Sequence record: DRR723986_14244
Reading direction: 5' to 3' (one strand)
Length of the DNA stretch: 39,404 nt
Position numbers and translations under genes: made by a program. Below are positions 9,206-18,787 of this stretch, in pieces. Position 1 is the first letter of the stretch. Every line of letters starts with the position of its first letter. Below the pieces are notes generated by a model that saw only the letters and a program-made list of their open reading frames with translations, ran no database searches and was not told the DNA's origin.

Positions 9206-10516
9206 ATGAAGACAATCGATAGTATACCAATTACCAAGATTTCCAGAGCAAGTAAATTAGTTTCTACTGGTGCTAAGGTAGGTGTTAATTATTTAAAATA
9301 TTACGGTGATAAAATGGTGAATTCTAAAGAGGAAGCCAAGGAACGCCTTAATCAAAATAATGCGGAAGACATATATGATAGTCTTAAAAAATTAAAAGGT
9401 AGTGCTTTAAAAGTTGCACAGATGTTGAGTATGGAAAAAAGCATATTGCCCCAGGCGTATGTTGAAAAGTTTTCACTCTCTCAATTTTCTGTACCACCAT
9501 TATCACCCCCATTAGTCATAAAAACATTCAAAAAATATTTTGGTAAACATCCCGAAGAACTTTTTGATACTTTCAACGCAACTTCAGTCAATGCTGCAAG
9601 CATTGGACAAGTCCATATTGCAGAAAAGGATGGGAAAAAATTTGCTGTGAAAATCCAATATCCTGGAGTTGCAGAGAGTATCGCTTCTGATTTGGCACTG
9701 GTAAAACCAATTGCCATAAAGATGTTTAACATAAAAGGAAAAGATTCGGATAAATACTTTAAAGAAGTAGAAAACAAGCTTACGGAAGAAACCAACTACA
9801 ATTTAGAGATAGTACAAAGTAAGGCGGTTGTAGAAACGTGCAAGCACATACCGTTTTTAAAATTTCCAAATTATTACGAGGAATTTTCTTCAGAGCGTAT
9901 TATAGCCATGGATTATATGGAAGGTGAACACCTTTCTGAATTCGTGGCTCATAATACAGATCAAAATACATCTAATCGCTTAGGTCAGGCCTTATGGGAT
10001 TTTTATATGTTTCAAATTCATGTCTTAAAGAAAGTACATGCAGATCCACATCCTGGTAATTTCCTTATTTCGGATAAAGGCGAATTAATTGCTTTAGACT
10101 TTGGTTGCATGAAAGCTATTCCTGATGAATTTTATGTACCATATTTTGAATTGGCGAAAAAAGAAAGCTTAGAGAATCCTGAAATTTTCATTAAAAAAAT
10201 GTACGAACTCGAAATTCTTCGCAAAGATGATTCTGAGGAAGAAGTAGCATTTTTTAGTGACATGTTCCATGAATTGCTGAGTCTATTCACTCAACCATTT
10301 CATAACGAAGTTTTTGATTTTTCTAACCCTGAATTTTTTAATAAAGTAGCAGAAATGGGACAGAAATACTCAAAAAGTACAGAACTGCGAAATATGAATG
10401 GCAATAGAGGTTCAACGCACTTTATATATATCAATAGAACATTCTTTGGTTTATACAATTTGATGTTTGATCTTAAAGCTGAGAATATCAAAATCAACAA
10501 CTTCATAAATCTATAA
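9206..10516 (+). CDS. ABC1/UbiB (COQ8-like) atypical kinase
   Basis: LKGSALKVAQ (KxGQ variant), AASIGQVH, AVKIQYPGVAESIASDL, HADPHPGNF and LDFG. Confidence 0.92.
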   Translation: MKTIDSIPITKISRASKLVSTGAKVGVNYLKYYGDKMVNSKEEAKERLNQNNAEDIYDSLKKLKGSALKVAQMLSMEKSILPQAYVEKFSLSQFSVPPLSPPLVIKTFKKYFGKHPEELFDTFNATSVNAASIGQVHIAEKDGKKFAVKIQYPGVAESIASDLALVKPIAIKMFNIKGKDSDKYFKEVENKLTEETNYNLEIVQSKAVVETCKHIPFLKFPNYYEEFSSERIIAMDYMEGEHLSEFVAHNTDQNTSNRLGQALWDFYMFQIHVLKKVHADPHPGNFLISDKGELIALDFGCMKAIPDEFYVPYFELAKKESLENPEIFIKKMYELEILRKDDSEEEVAFFSDMFHELLSLFTQPFHNEVFDFSNPEFFNKVAEMGQKYSKSTELRNMNGNRGSTHFIYINRTFFGLYNLMFDLKAENIKINNFINL

Positions 10517-10517
10517 A

Positions 10518-11156
10518 ATGGCTGAATTTAGTTTAGATGATATTAACCAAATGCATCATTTATACAGAATCAACTTAATTAATAGTTGTTCTGGATATAA
10601 ATCTGCAAATCTTATTGGTACTAAAGACTCCATGGGCACCAGTAATGTTGCTGTATTCAGTTCCATCACGCATTTAGGCTCAAATCCTGGATTATTAGGT
10701 TTTTTTCTAAGACCTACAACAGTTATTCGTAACACATATGATAATATCAAAAACACTGGGAAATATACACTCAACCATATCCATGATGGTATATTAGAAG
10801 ACGCACATCATACTTCAGCTAAGTATGATCCTTCAATTTCAGAATTTGACGTGACAACGCTAGAGGAAGAGTATAAAGATAATTTTATAGCACCTTTTGT
10901 AAAAGGATGCCCCATTCAATTAGCCATGAGTTATGTGGAAGAATATCCTATTAAAGCAAATAACACTATCTTACTAATTGGTAAAATCGAAAAACTCTAT
11001 GTTCCAGATGATTTACTAGAAAAGGATGGGTTTATAAATCTTTCTAAAGGTAAGGTAGCGACTATAAATGGTTTGGATGGTTATGCAGTCCCAGAACTTA
11101 AAACACGATTAGAATACCAACGTCCTAAACCAGAATTTGCAATTCTAAATGACTAA
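10518..11156 (+). CDS. Flavin reductase-like (FMN-binding split barrel) protein
   Basis: GYKSANLIGT, NVAVFSSITHLGSNP, RNTYDNI and SEFD. Confidence 0.82.
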   Translation: MAEFSLDDINQMHHLYRINLINSCSGYKSANLIGTKDSMGTSNVAVFSSITHLGSNPGLLGFFLRPTTVIRNTYDNIKNTGKYTLNHIHDGILEDAHHTSAKYDPSISEFDVTTLEEEYKDNFIAPFVKGCPIQLAMSYVEEYPIKANNTILLIGKIEKLYVPDDLLEKDGFINLSKGKVATINGLDGYAVPELKTRLEYQRPKPEFAILND

Positions 11157-12577
11157 TGCGAATATTAATTACAGGCACAACAGGCTATATAGCCAAACGA
11201 CTAGCGCTTCAGCTACTAGAAGATAAGCACGAGCTTATTTGTTGTGTCCGTGATTTAAATCGCATACCTGATGAGATTGAAGAGCATCCACTTTGCTCTT
11301 TCATAAAAATGGATTTTCTCAGTCCTGAGCCTAACAAAATTCCAAAAGATATCGACGTTGCCTATTACCTAATTCATTCAATGGCAACTGATGCTGATGA
11401 TTTTGAGGATTTAGAACGTCAATGTGCACAAAATTTTAAAAATTTAGTCGAAGCCACAGATTGTGAGCAAGTCATTTATCTCAGTGGTATTGTAAATGAT
11501 GATTCACTATCCAAACATCTAAAATCAAGATTACAGGTTGAAGAAACTCTTAAATCAGAGAAATATGCATTAACAACATTTAGAGCTGGAATCATTGTTG
11601 GTAGTGGAAGTGCTTCTTTTGAAATCATAAGAGACATCGTTGAAAAACTACCGGTGATGATCACACCAAAGTGGCTAAATACCAAAACACAACCATTAGG
11701 CATTAGAGACGTACTCACCTATTTATCAGGTGCACTAGGAAAGGAAGCGCTTTACAATAGCTCTTATGATATTTTCGGACCTGAAATACTAACCTATAAG
11801 GAAATGTTATTACAGTTTGCTGAAGTACGTGGACTAAAACGATACATCTACACATTGCCAATTCTATCACCAAAACTATCATCATATTGGCTCTATTTTG
11901 TAACCTCAACATCATTTCAATTAGCACAAGCATTAGTTGATAGTATGAAGGTTGAAGTCATTGGCAAATCAAGTGATATCAATAAGCATATTAGCATCCA
12001 ACCCATGACCTATAAAAAGGCTGTAAACTTGGCGTTTCAGCGCATTCAGCAAAATTCTGTGATTTCTAGTTGGAAGGATGCCGTAAGTAGTGGCGTTTTT
12101 AAAGATCAACTATCTAAACATATAGAATTACCACAGTATGGCTGTTTTAAAGATGTTCGCTCTAAGACTCTTATAGATGAGGAATTTACACTGAATCAGA
12201 TTTGGGGAATTGGCGGACGTAATGGCTGGTATAGTTTCAATACTTTATGGAAACTCAGAGGATATGTCGATAAATTATTTGGCGGTGTAGGATTGCGACG
12301 AGGTAGAACGCATGATACCTATTTAGAAGCTGGTGATCCACTCGATTTCTGGCGTGTGCTTTTTGCTGATAAAAAAGAAAAAAGACTTCTATTATTTGCT
12401 GAAATGAAACTACCAGGCGAAGCTTGGTTAGAATTTAAAATTGTAAAAGACAAGTTATATCAGCGTGCTGTTTTTAGACCAAAAGGTGTTTGGGGAAGAT
12501 TGTATTGGTATATGGTTTTACCGTTTCACGCCTTTGTATTTAAAGGAATGATTAACGCCTTAGTTGAACCAAAATGA
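11156..12577 (+). CDS. NAD(P)-dependent atypical SDR/epimerase with C-terminal DUF2867 domain (YbjT-like)
   Basis: [35 protein letters not shown] and [13 protein letters not shown]. Confidence 0.88.
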   Translation: MRILITGTTGYIAKRLALQLLEDKHELICCVRDLNRIPDEIEEHPLCSFIKMDFLSPEPNKIPKDIDVAYYLIHSMATDADDFEDLERQCAQNFKNLVEATDCEQVIYLSGIVNDDSLSKHLKSRLQVEETLKSEKYALTTFRAGIIVGSGSASFEIIRDIVEKLPVMITPKWLNTKTQPLGIRDVLTYLSGALGKEALYNSSYDIFGPEILTYKEMLLQFAEVRGLKRYIYTLPILSPKLSSYWLYFVTSTSFQLAQALVDSMKVEVIGKSSDINKHISIQPMTYKKAVNLAFQRIQQNSVISSWKDAVSSGVFKDQLSKHIELPQYGCFKDVRSKTLIDEEFTLNQIWGIGGRNGWYSFNTLWKLRGYVDKLFGGVGLRRGRTHDTYLEAGDPLDFWRVLFADKKEKRLLLFAEMKLPGEAWLEFKIVKDKLYQRAVFRPKGVWGRLYWYMVLPFHAFVFKGMINALVEPK

Positions 12578-12720
12578 GAGGTGTAAAAAAACAGCATCTA
12601 CCAGAAAAAATATGTCCAGTTTGCAAGCGACCATTTACTTGGCGTAAAAAATGGGAGAAAGACTGGGAAAACGCAAAATATTGCAGTGAAAAATGCAGAA
12701 AACAGAAAAGTATAGCTTAG
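12574..12720 (+). CDS. DUF2256 family small Cys4 protein, 48 aa; not in ORF track
   Basis: [52 protein letters not shown] overlap with the upstream stop; overlaps the DASH gene start by 28 nt. Confidence 0.9.
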   Translation: MRGVKKQHLPEKICPVCKRPFTWRKKWEKDWENAKYCSEKCRKQKSIA

Positions 12721-13997
12721 TTTGGTTTACAAATGACCTTAGAACAATAGATAATACTGTTTTGACTGAAGCCAGTAAAAAATCAGAAAAGGTTATTGGA
12801 CTTTATTGTTTTGATCCGAGGCTATTTGAAAAGAACAGATTTGGTTTTAAAAAAACTGAAAAATACCGTGCTCAGTTTTTAATTGAAACTATTCATAATC
12901 TTAAAGCCCAGCTCGAAGCACTAAATATAGACCTGTTGGTATACCATGACTTTCCGGAAAACGCAATTCCTAAAATTTGTGAAGCACATCAAATAACTGA
13001 TATCTACATACAAAATCAATGGACTCAAGAGGAAGTTGATACAGAAAATGTGGTGAAAGCTCAAACTACAGATATCAATTGGCATCACATTTACAACCAG
13101 TTTTTATATCATCCTGAGGATATCAATTTTGATATTTCTAAAACACCTCAAGTCTTTACAGTATTTAGAAAGAAACTCGAAAAATATATCGATATACGAG
13201 ATGAATCGCAAATAACAAAACAAAGTCAGAATAACAGGATTGAAAACAATACCAGCATACCAAGTTTATCAGAATTAGGTTTTGCAGACTTTAAATCCCA
13301 TCCTAATTCTGCCTTTCCTTTTAAAGGTGGCGAAACAGAAGCTATAAATCGACTTAACGATTACTTCTTTAACACCAAGAAACTAGGATTTTATAAGAAA
13401 ACCAGAAATGGTTTAGTTGGTGTTGATTATAGCTCTAAGTTTTCACCTTGGCTGGCCAATGGTAGTATTTCTGCACGAACCATCTATTGGAAGGTTAAAC
13501 AGTTTGAGAAAGAACATTTTAAAAACCAATCGACCTACTGGCTCATTTTTGAGTTGATTTGGCGCGACTATTTTAAATATGTGTCGCTAAAACACGATAA
13601 CCAAATCTTTAAACTAGAAGGCATACTTCAAAAAGATTATGAATGGTCCACAAATCAAAACCAAATAAAAAAATGGATCAATGGCGAAACACAATCCGAC
13701 TTTGTAAATGCCAATATGATTGAGTTAAAGGAAACAGGTTGGATAAGCAACAGAGGACGGCAAAATGTTGCCTCTTATTTCGCTAAAGAACTAGAGTTAG
13801 ATTGGCGTATAGGTGCTTCTTATTTTGAGTCCTTGCTCTTAGATTATGACGTACATAGCAATTATGGTAATTGGATGTATGTCGCAGGTGTGGGTAATGA
13901 TCCTAGGGACAGAAAGTTTAATGTACAACTGCAAGCAGAGCGCTATGATGCTAACGGGAAATTTAGACGAATTTGGTTACAACCTAGTTTGTTATAA
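12693..13997 (+). CDS. DASH family cryptochrome
   Basis: [48 protein letters not shown] and [11 protein letters not shown]...[10 protein letters not shown]. Confidence 0.92.
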   Translation: MQKTEKYSLVWFTNDLRTIDNTVLTEASKKSEKVIGLYCFDPRLFEKNRFGFKKTEKYRAQFLIETIHNLKAQLEALNIDLLVYHDFPENAIPKICEAHQITDIYIQNQWTQEEVDTENVVKAQTTDINWHHIYNQFLYHPEDINFDISKTPQVFTVFRKKLEKYIDIRDESQITKQSQNNRIENNTSIPSLSELGFADFKSHPNSAFPFKGGETEAINRLNDYFFNTKKLGFYKKTRNGLVGVDYSSKFSPWLANGSISARTIYWKVKQFEKEHFKNQSTYWLIFELIWRDYFKYVSLKHDNQIFKLEGILQKDYEWSTNQNQIKKWINGETQSDFVNANMIELKETGWISNRGRQNVASYFAKELELDWRIGASYFESLLLDYDVHSNYGNWMYVAGVGNDPRDRKFNVQLQAERYDANGKFRRIWLQPSLL

Positions 13998-14057
13998 TAA
14001 AAAAACCAAATCATCCAAATGACTATATGATGTGTAAATAATTAAAAAGAAATAAGA

Positions 14058-14969
14058 ATGGTCTTACTAAATAAAATATATCCAGTTTTTCTATCAGAGA
14101 ATACCAAAAAGCGAATTGAGAAAGTTATTCTATATGTAGCTTTGTTGGGCTTTTTTATCCATTTGGCTCTTATCTTTCTTTCAAAATTCAATATTGTTAA
14201 TTTACATTTAGAATCAGAACTATTTAAAAATCCTATTTCAGCCATTTACACACCATTTTCATTTATTTTAATTTATGAGGTATATCTCTTAATCTATTAT
14301 TTACCAAATTCCTTTACCACATACATCACCAAACAATATGAGATTATCACGCTAATAATCATACGAAAGTTATTTAAAGATTTATCAGGACTTCAACTGA
14401 CGTCAAATTGGTTTGAGATAAAAGATGATTTGCAGTTTACATATGATATTTTGGCGTCCATTGTTCTATTTTATTTAATATTTCAATTTCAAAAACAGGG
14501 AAAACGCAAAAACAACCAACCTAAGATTGATGTGCCAAAAATTGAAAGATTTATAAATCGAAAAAAAATATTAGCAGTTTTTTTGGTTCCAACATTTTTC
14601 ATAATGGCATTAATTACATTCTCAAGTTGGTTAGCTAGTATTTCATTTACGACAGAAGGTTTAACAAGTTTTGAAACAATTAATAATCTATTTTTTGACG
14701 AGTTCTTTACCGTTTTAATTTTAGTGGATGTTGTTTTATTACTGATCTCTTTCTTTTATACTGACAAGTTCCACAAAATAATAAGAAACTCAGGTTTTAT
14801 AGTTTCCACTATTTTAATTCGGTTATCCTTTGGAGTAAGTGGTTTGGTAAGTACGGTTTTAATAATATCTGCTGTATTGTTTGGATTGGCAATTATTCTA
14901 ATTCATAACAAGTTTGAAACCAACAATTCATCTAGCACTAAACCTACAATAAAATTCAAGAGACTATGA
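14058..14969 (+). CDS. Hypothetical polytopic membrane protein (about 8 TM)
   Basis: 303-aa hydrophobic ORF with an ATGA overlap to the next gene. Confidence 0.7.
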   Translation: MVLLNKIYPVFLSENTKKRIEKVILYVALLGFFIHLALIFLSKFNIVNLHLESELFKNPISAIYTPFSFILIYEVYLLIYYLPNSFTTYITKQYEIITLIIIRKLFKDLSGLQLTSNWFEIKDDLQFTYDILASIVLFYLIFQFQKQGKRKNNQPKIDVPKIERFINRKKILAVFLVPTFFIMALITFSSWLASISFTTEGLTSFETINNLFFDEFFTVLILVDVVLLLISFFYTDKFHKIIRNSGFIVSTILIRLSFGVSGLVSTVLIISAVLFGLAIILIHNKFETNNSSSTKPTIKFKRL

Positions 14970-16438
14970 CAGCAGATGCAGTACTCCTATTCCCACATCA
15001 GCTATTTAAGGATACACCAATTCTAAACTTAAATTGTGATGTTTATTTGGTTGAAGAGTTTTTGTTTTTTTCACATTACAAATTCCACAAGCAAAAAATT
15101 GCATTTCACAGAGCATCAATGAAAGCTTATGCAGACTTTTTAAAAGACAAGGGGCTTTCAGTAAATTATATTGAGGCTAGGTCAGAGACATCTGATGTCA
15201 GAGAATTGATTCCTGAGTTAATTCATAAAGGTCTTGAAACGCTTCATATAATTGACCCATCTGATAACTGGTTAGAGAAACATATAAAATCTGCTTCTAA
15301 ATCAATAGCTATACAATGGTATGAGAATCCGCTGTTTATAAACACCAAGGAAGAATTGAGTTCTTTCTTTAAACCTTCAAAAAAGAAATTTTTTCAAACC
15401 TCGTTTTACAAGCAACAACGTAAAGATCGAGACATACTCATGGTTAATGACCAACCAGAAGGCGGAAAACTAACCTATGACTCTGAAAACCGCAAGAAAT
15501 ATCCCAAGGATAAAACACCACCAAGTATTCAGTTTCCTGATATATCAAAATATCACAATGAAGCAATTTCTTATGTAGAGAAAAACTTTAATGACCACTA
15601 TGGTGAATTGAACGATTTTATCAATTACCCGATTGATTTTGAATCTGCCGAACGATGGCTACAACAATTTTTTGAGTATCGTTTTCACGAATTTGGAGCT
15701 TATGAAGATGCTATTGTTAAAGAGGAACATTTTTTAAATCACAGCTTGCTGTCACCATTAATTAATGTAGGTTTATTGAACCCATTGGATGTCATAGATA
15801 AAGCGATTGACTATGCCAAGTCCAATGATGTGCCTATAAATTCAACAGAAGGCTTTGTGCGCCAGATTTTAGGTTGGCGCGAATTTATTCGTGGCGTTTA
15901 CCAAGTAAAAGGTACTGAAGAACGTACTAAGAATTTTTGGAATTTCGATAGAAAAATTCCTAAGTCCTTTTATGATGGTACAACTGGCATACAACCTATT
16001 GACGATGTTATAAAGAAAGTAAATAAAACCGCTTATGCACATCACATAGAACGTCTTATGATTCTTGGCAATTTCATGGTATTATGTGAGTTTGATCCAG
16101 ATGAAGTTTATAAATGGTTCATGGAACTATTTATAGACGCTTACGATTGGGTAATGGTACCAAACGTTTACGGTATGAGCTTATATGCAGATGGTGGACT
16201 CATGTCTACAAAACCCTACATAAGCAGTAGCAACTACATTATGAAAATGAGTAACTATTCTAAAGGTGATTGGCAAGCAACTTGGGATGGGCTCTTTTGG
16301 ACTTTTATGGATAAGCATAGGGAGTTTTTCTCAGGAAACCCTAGACTCGGAATGCTTTTAGGTAATTTAGACAGAATGAATAAAGACACCTTAGAAAATC
16401 ACTTTAATAACGCAGAAAAATTCTTGGATCAACTTTAA
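14966..16438 (+). CDS. Bacterial (6-4) photolyase / CryPro (PhrB/CryB-like), variant lacking the Fe-S cysteines
   Basis: FHKQKI, EGFVRQILGWREF, YAHHIERLM, DAYDWVMVPNV and KPYISSSNYIMKMSNY. Only 2 Cys in the protein. Confidence 0.88.
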   Translation: MTADAVLLFPHQLFKDTPILNLNCDVYLVEEFLFFSHYKFHKQKIAFHRASMKAYADFLKDKGLSVNYIEARSETSDVRELIPELIHKGLETLHIIDPSDNWLEKHIKSASKSIAIQWYENPLFINTKEELSSFFKPSKKKFFQTSFYKQQRKDRDILMVNDQPEGGKLTYDSENRKKYPKDKTPPSIQFPDISKYHNEAISYVEKNFNDHYGELNDFINYPIDFESAERWLQQFFEYRFHEFGAYEDAIVKEEHFLNHSLLSPLINVGLLNPLDVIDKAIDYAKSNDVPINSTEGFVRQILGWREFIRGVYQVKGTEERTKNFWNFDRKIPKSFYDGTTGIQPIDDVIKKVNKTAYAHHIERLMILGNFMVLCEFDPDEVYKWFMELFIDAYDWVMVPNVYGMSLYADGGLMSTKPYISSSNYIMKMSNYSKGDWQATWDGLFWTFMDKHREFFSGNPRLGMLLGNLDRMNKDTLENHFNNAEKFLDQL

Positions 16439-16439
16439 T

Positions 16440-17930
16440 ATGACAGATAAGCAACATATCAATGTCGTTTGGCTTAAACGCGATTTGAGACTTCAGGATA
16501 ACGAAGCCATTGCAAATGCCCTAAAAAGTGGTAAACCTACACTTCTGCTCTATGTTTTTGAGCACATAGTATTAAATGATGGGCATTACAGCGAACGACA
16601 CTTTAATTTTATAAAGGAATCAATTAGAGATATCAATGACCAACTTAAGTCATATAACACCAAGGTTTTAGCAGTTATAAATGATATACAAAGCACCTTT
16701 AATATTATTCAAGAATTCTATAAAATTGATACTATATATTCTCATGTTGAAACCGGATTACTCTTAACTTATAATAGAGATAAAGAATTTGCGCGTTACT
16801 GCAGAAACAACCTTATAGCATGGAAAGAATCAAAAAATAATGGTGTTGAACGTGGTTTGGTAAATCGCGATAATTGGTTTGAGAACTGGGAAAGCTACAT
16901 GCATCAACCTCAAGAAGTATTTGAACCTAAGGATAGTCAGTTACTTTATATTGATAAGATTTTAGAGTTGGAGAGTGTCTTAACCGAAACTGACTTGGTC
17001 ACACCAGACGATACACCATTTCAAAAAGGTGGAAGTATAATGGCATGGAAATATGCCAATTCATTCTTTGAGAACAGGCATGAAGATTACATGTTCAATA
17101 TTTCTAAACCAGAGGCATCAAGAAGTAGTTGTAGTAGATTATCGCCATATATTTCTTGGGGAAATGTATCTATTCGTCAAATATTTCAAAAAGGTCAGGA
17201 ACTAAAAAATAAGACTTCAGATAAACGCCATATTGGTGCCTTTTTATCACGATTACGTTGGCAAGCTCATTTCATTCAGAAGTTTGAAATGGAACATACC
17301 ATGGAAAATGCCAGCGTAAACAAAGGCTATCATAAACTTAAGAAGAGCATCTCGCAAGACTACCAAAAAGCTTGGCGTGAAGGACAAACAGGATTTCCAC
17401 TGGTAGATGCAAGTATGCGCTGTCTCGTAGAAACGGGCTATGTTAATTTCAGGATGCGTGCTATGTTGGTTTCGTTCTTTTCACATATTTTATGGCAACC
17501 ATGGCAAGATGCCTCTGCCCATCTTTCACAACAATTTTTAGATTTTGAACCTGGAATCCACTTTCCGCAATTGCAAATGCAGGCAGGTGAAACTGGCATT
17601 AATAATCTTAGAATTTACAATCCTACGTTAAATGGCCTAAAACACGATCCTGATGCTGTCTTCATCAAAAAATGGTTACCAGAGCTTGCACATTTAGATA
17701 CACCCTTTGTACATGAGCCTTATCTTATGACCGAACTGGAACAAGAGCTGTACAATTTTAAACTTGGTGAAGATTATCCACATCCTATTGTCGATATAAA
17801 GGAAAACCGAAAGCGCGCCAGTGAGATTCTCTGGAATATGAAAGAAGATCCTGAAGTGGTAAAAGAAAGTTTTCGCATTTTAAAACGACATACTCTACAG
17901 GACAGAAAACGTATGCTCCGTAATGGGTAA
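16440..17930 (+). CDS. Photolyase/cryptochrome family protein, divergent clade (possibly VcCry2-like ssDNA photolyase)
   Basis: WLKRDLRLQD, SRLSPYISWG, TGFPLVDASMR, NFRMRAM and DFEPGIHFPQLQMQAG...RIYNP. Confidence 0.85.
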   Translation: MTDKQHINVVWLKRDLRLQDNEAIANALKSGKPTLLLYVFEHIVLNDGHYSERHFNFIKESIRDINDQLKSYNTKVLAVINDIQSTFNIIQEFYKIDTIYSHVETGLLLTYNRDKEFARYCRNNLIAWKESKNNGVERGLVNRDNWFENWESYMHQPQEVFEPKDSQLLYIDKILELESVLTETDLVTPDDTPFQKGGSIMAWKYANSFFENRHEDYMFNISKPEASRSSCSRLSPYISWGNVSIRQIFQKGQELKNKTSDKRHIGAFLSRLRWQAHFIQKFEMEHTMENASVNKGYHKLKKSISQDYQKAWREGQTGFPLVDASMRCLVETGYVNFRMRAMLVSFFSHILWQPWQDASAHLSQQFLDFEPGIHFPQLQMQAGETGINNLRIYNPTLNGLKHDPDAVFIKKWLPELAHLDTPFVHEPYLMTELEQELYNFKLGEDYPHPIVDIKENRKRASEILWNMKEDPEVVKESFRILKRHTLQDRKRMLRNG

Positions 17931-17972
17931 TTTTTATTAAAAGACAGTACTATTCTTACAATCATAATTCTC

Positions 17973-18030
17973 TGTTAATTTTTGTTTAACTATTCATTAG
18001 AAAGGTTAAACATTTGTATATTTACATAGT
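17973..18030 (+). promoter_or_regulatory. Promoter/operator, copy 2 (TGTTTAAC-N14-GTTAAACA plus -7-like TATATTTA)
   Basis: Inverted repeat at 17983-17990/18005-18012, with the same geometry as the copy at 8479-8536. Confidence 0.8.
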
Positions 18031-18031
18031 T

Positions 18032-18463
18032 ATGATACTCAATACAACACATCACAACCCTGATCACATGCAGATAATCGTCGATTTAGTCGGTGAACAA
18101 TTCAGTTTGGTACAAAAGTTGAAAATGAAGGGTGTAGGGTCTAAACGCATGATAATTGATGAGGTTAGCCCAAATATGCAAACTATTATGAATACGGTGT
18201 CTGACATAAATTATGGTAGTATAGAATTACGGCCAAATGGAATTTTAGTTAGAATTACTAAAGGGCTTAAAAATTTCACATGGATTATTCCATATTACCA
18301 ACTAGTAATTTATAAAATAAATGGTTCGAGCCTACACGCTCAAGGCCGTTATGTTCATTTTAAAAATAGTAAAACATTTAAAGAGAATAAAAAATTCTTT
18401 GATAAGCTATTAGATGAAAAAGTAAAGTACGACATGCAATTTGCAATGCCATCTGAAGTATGA
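18032..18463 (+). CDS. Hypothetical protein
   Basis: Clean ORF coupled by ATGA to the next gene. ATG 18032 is preferred because TTG 18014 lies inside the promoter motif. Confidence 0.7.
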   Translation: MILNTTHHNPDHMQIIVDLVGEQFSLVQKLKMKGVGSKRMIIDEVSPNMQTIMNTVSDINYGSIELRPNGILVRITKGLKNFTWIIPYYQLVIYKINGSSLHAQGRYVHFKNSKTFKENKKFFDKLLDEKVKYDMQFAMPSEV

Positions 18464-18732
18464 AATTAAATGAGAGAGATATAGATCGGATTATTGAAAT
18501 GGCCTGGGAAGACAGGACGCCTTTTGAGGCGATTACCTTTCAATTTGGTATTAAAGAACAAGAAGTGATCGAACTCATGCGAAGAGAAATGAAGCCAAGT
18601 AGCTTTAGAATGTGGAGAGAACGAGTACAAGGCAGAGCAACTAAACATGGTAAAAAAAGAACGTTTGACAAAGGCAGATTTAAATGTTCGCGTCAAAGAA
18701 CAATAACAAATAACTCTATTTCAAAACGATAA
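18460..18732 (+). CDS. TIGR03643 / DUF2805 family protein
   Basis: RIIEMAWEDRTPFEAI...SFRMWRERVQGRATKH signature. Confidence 0.88.
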   Translation: MKLNERDIDRIIEMAWEDRTPFEAITFQFGIKEQEVIELMRREMKPSSFRMWRERVQGRATKHGKKRTFDKGRFKCSRQRTITNNSISKR

Positions 18733-18787
18733 CACGTGCTTTGATTTAAGCTTGGAGTACTTAAAAACAGCACATTAAAAAGATTCT

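Noticed and set aside
14021-14967. GACTAT near both ends of the membrane-protein gene as a target-site duplication
   Set aside because: A 6-bp match is too short to be significant, and there are no mobile-element hallmarks.
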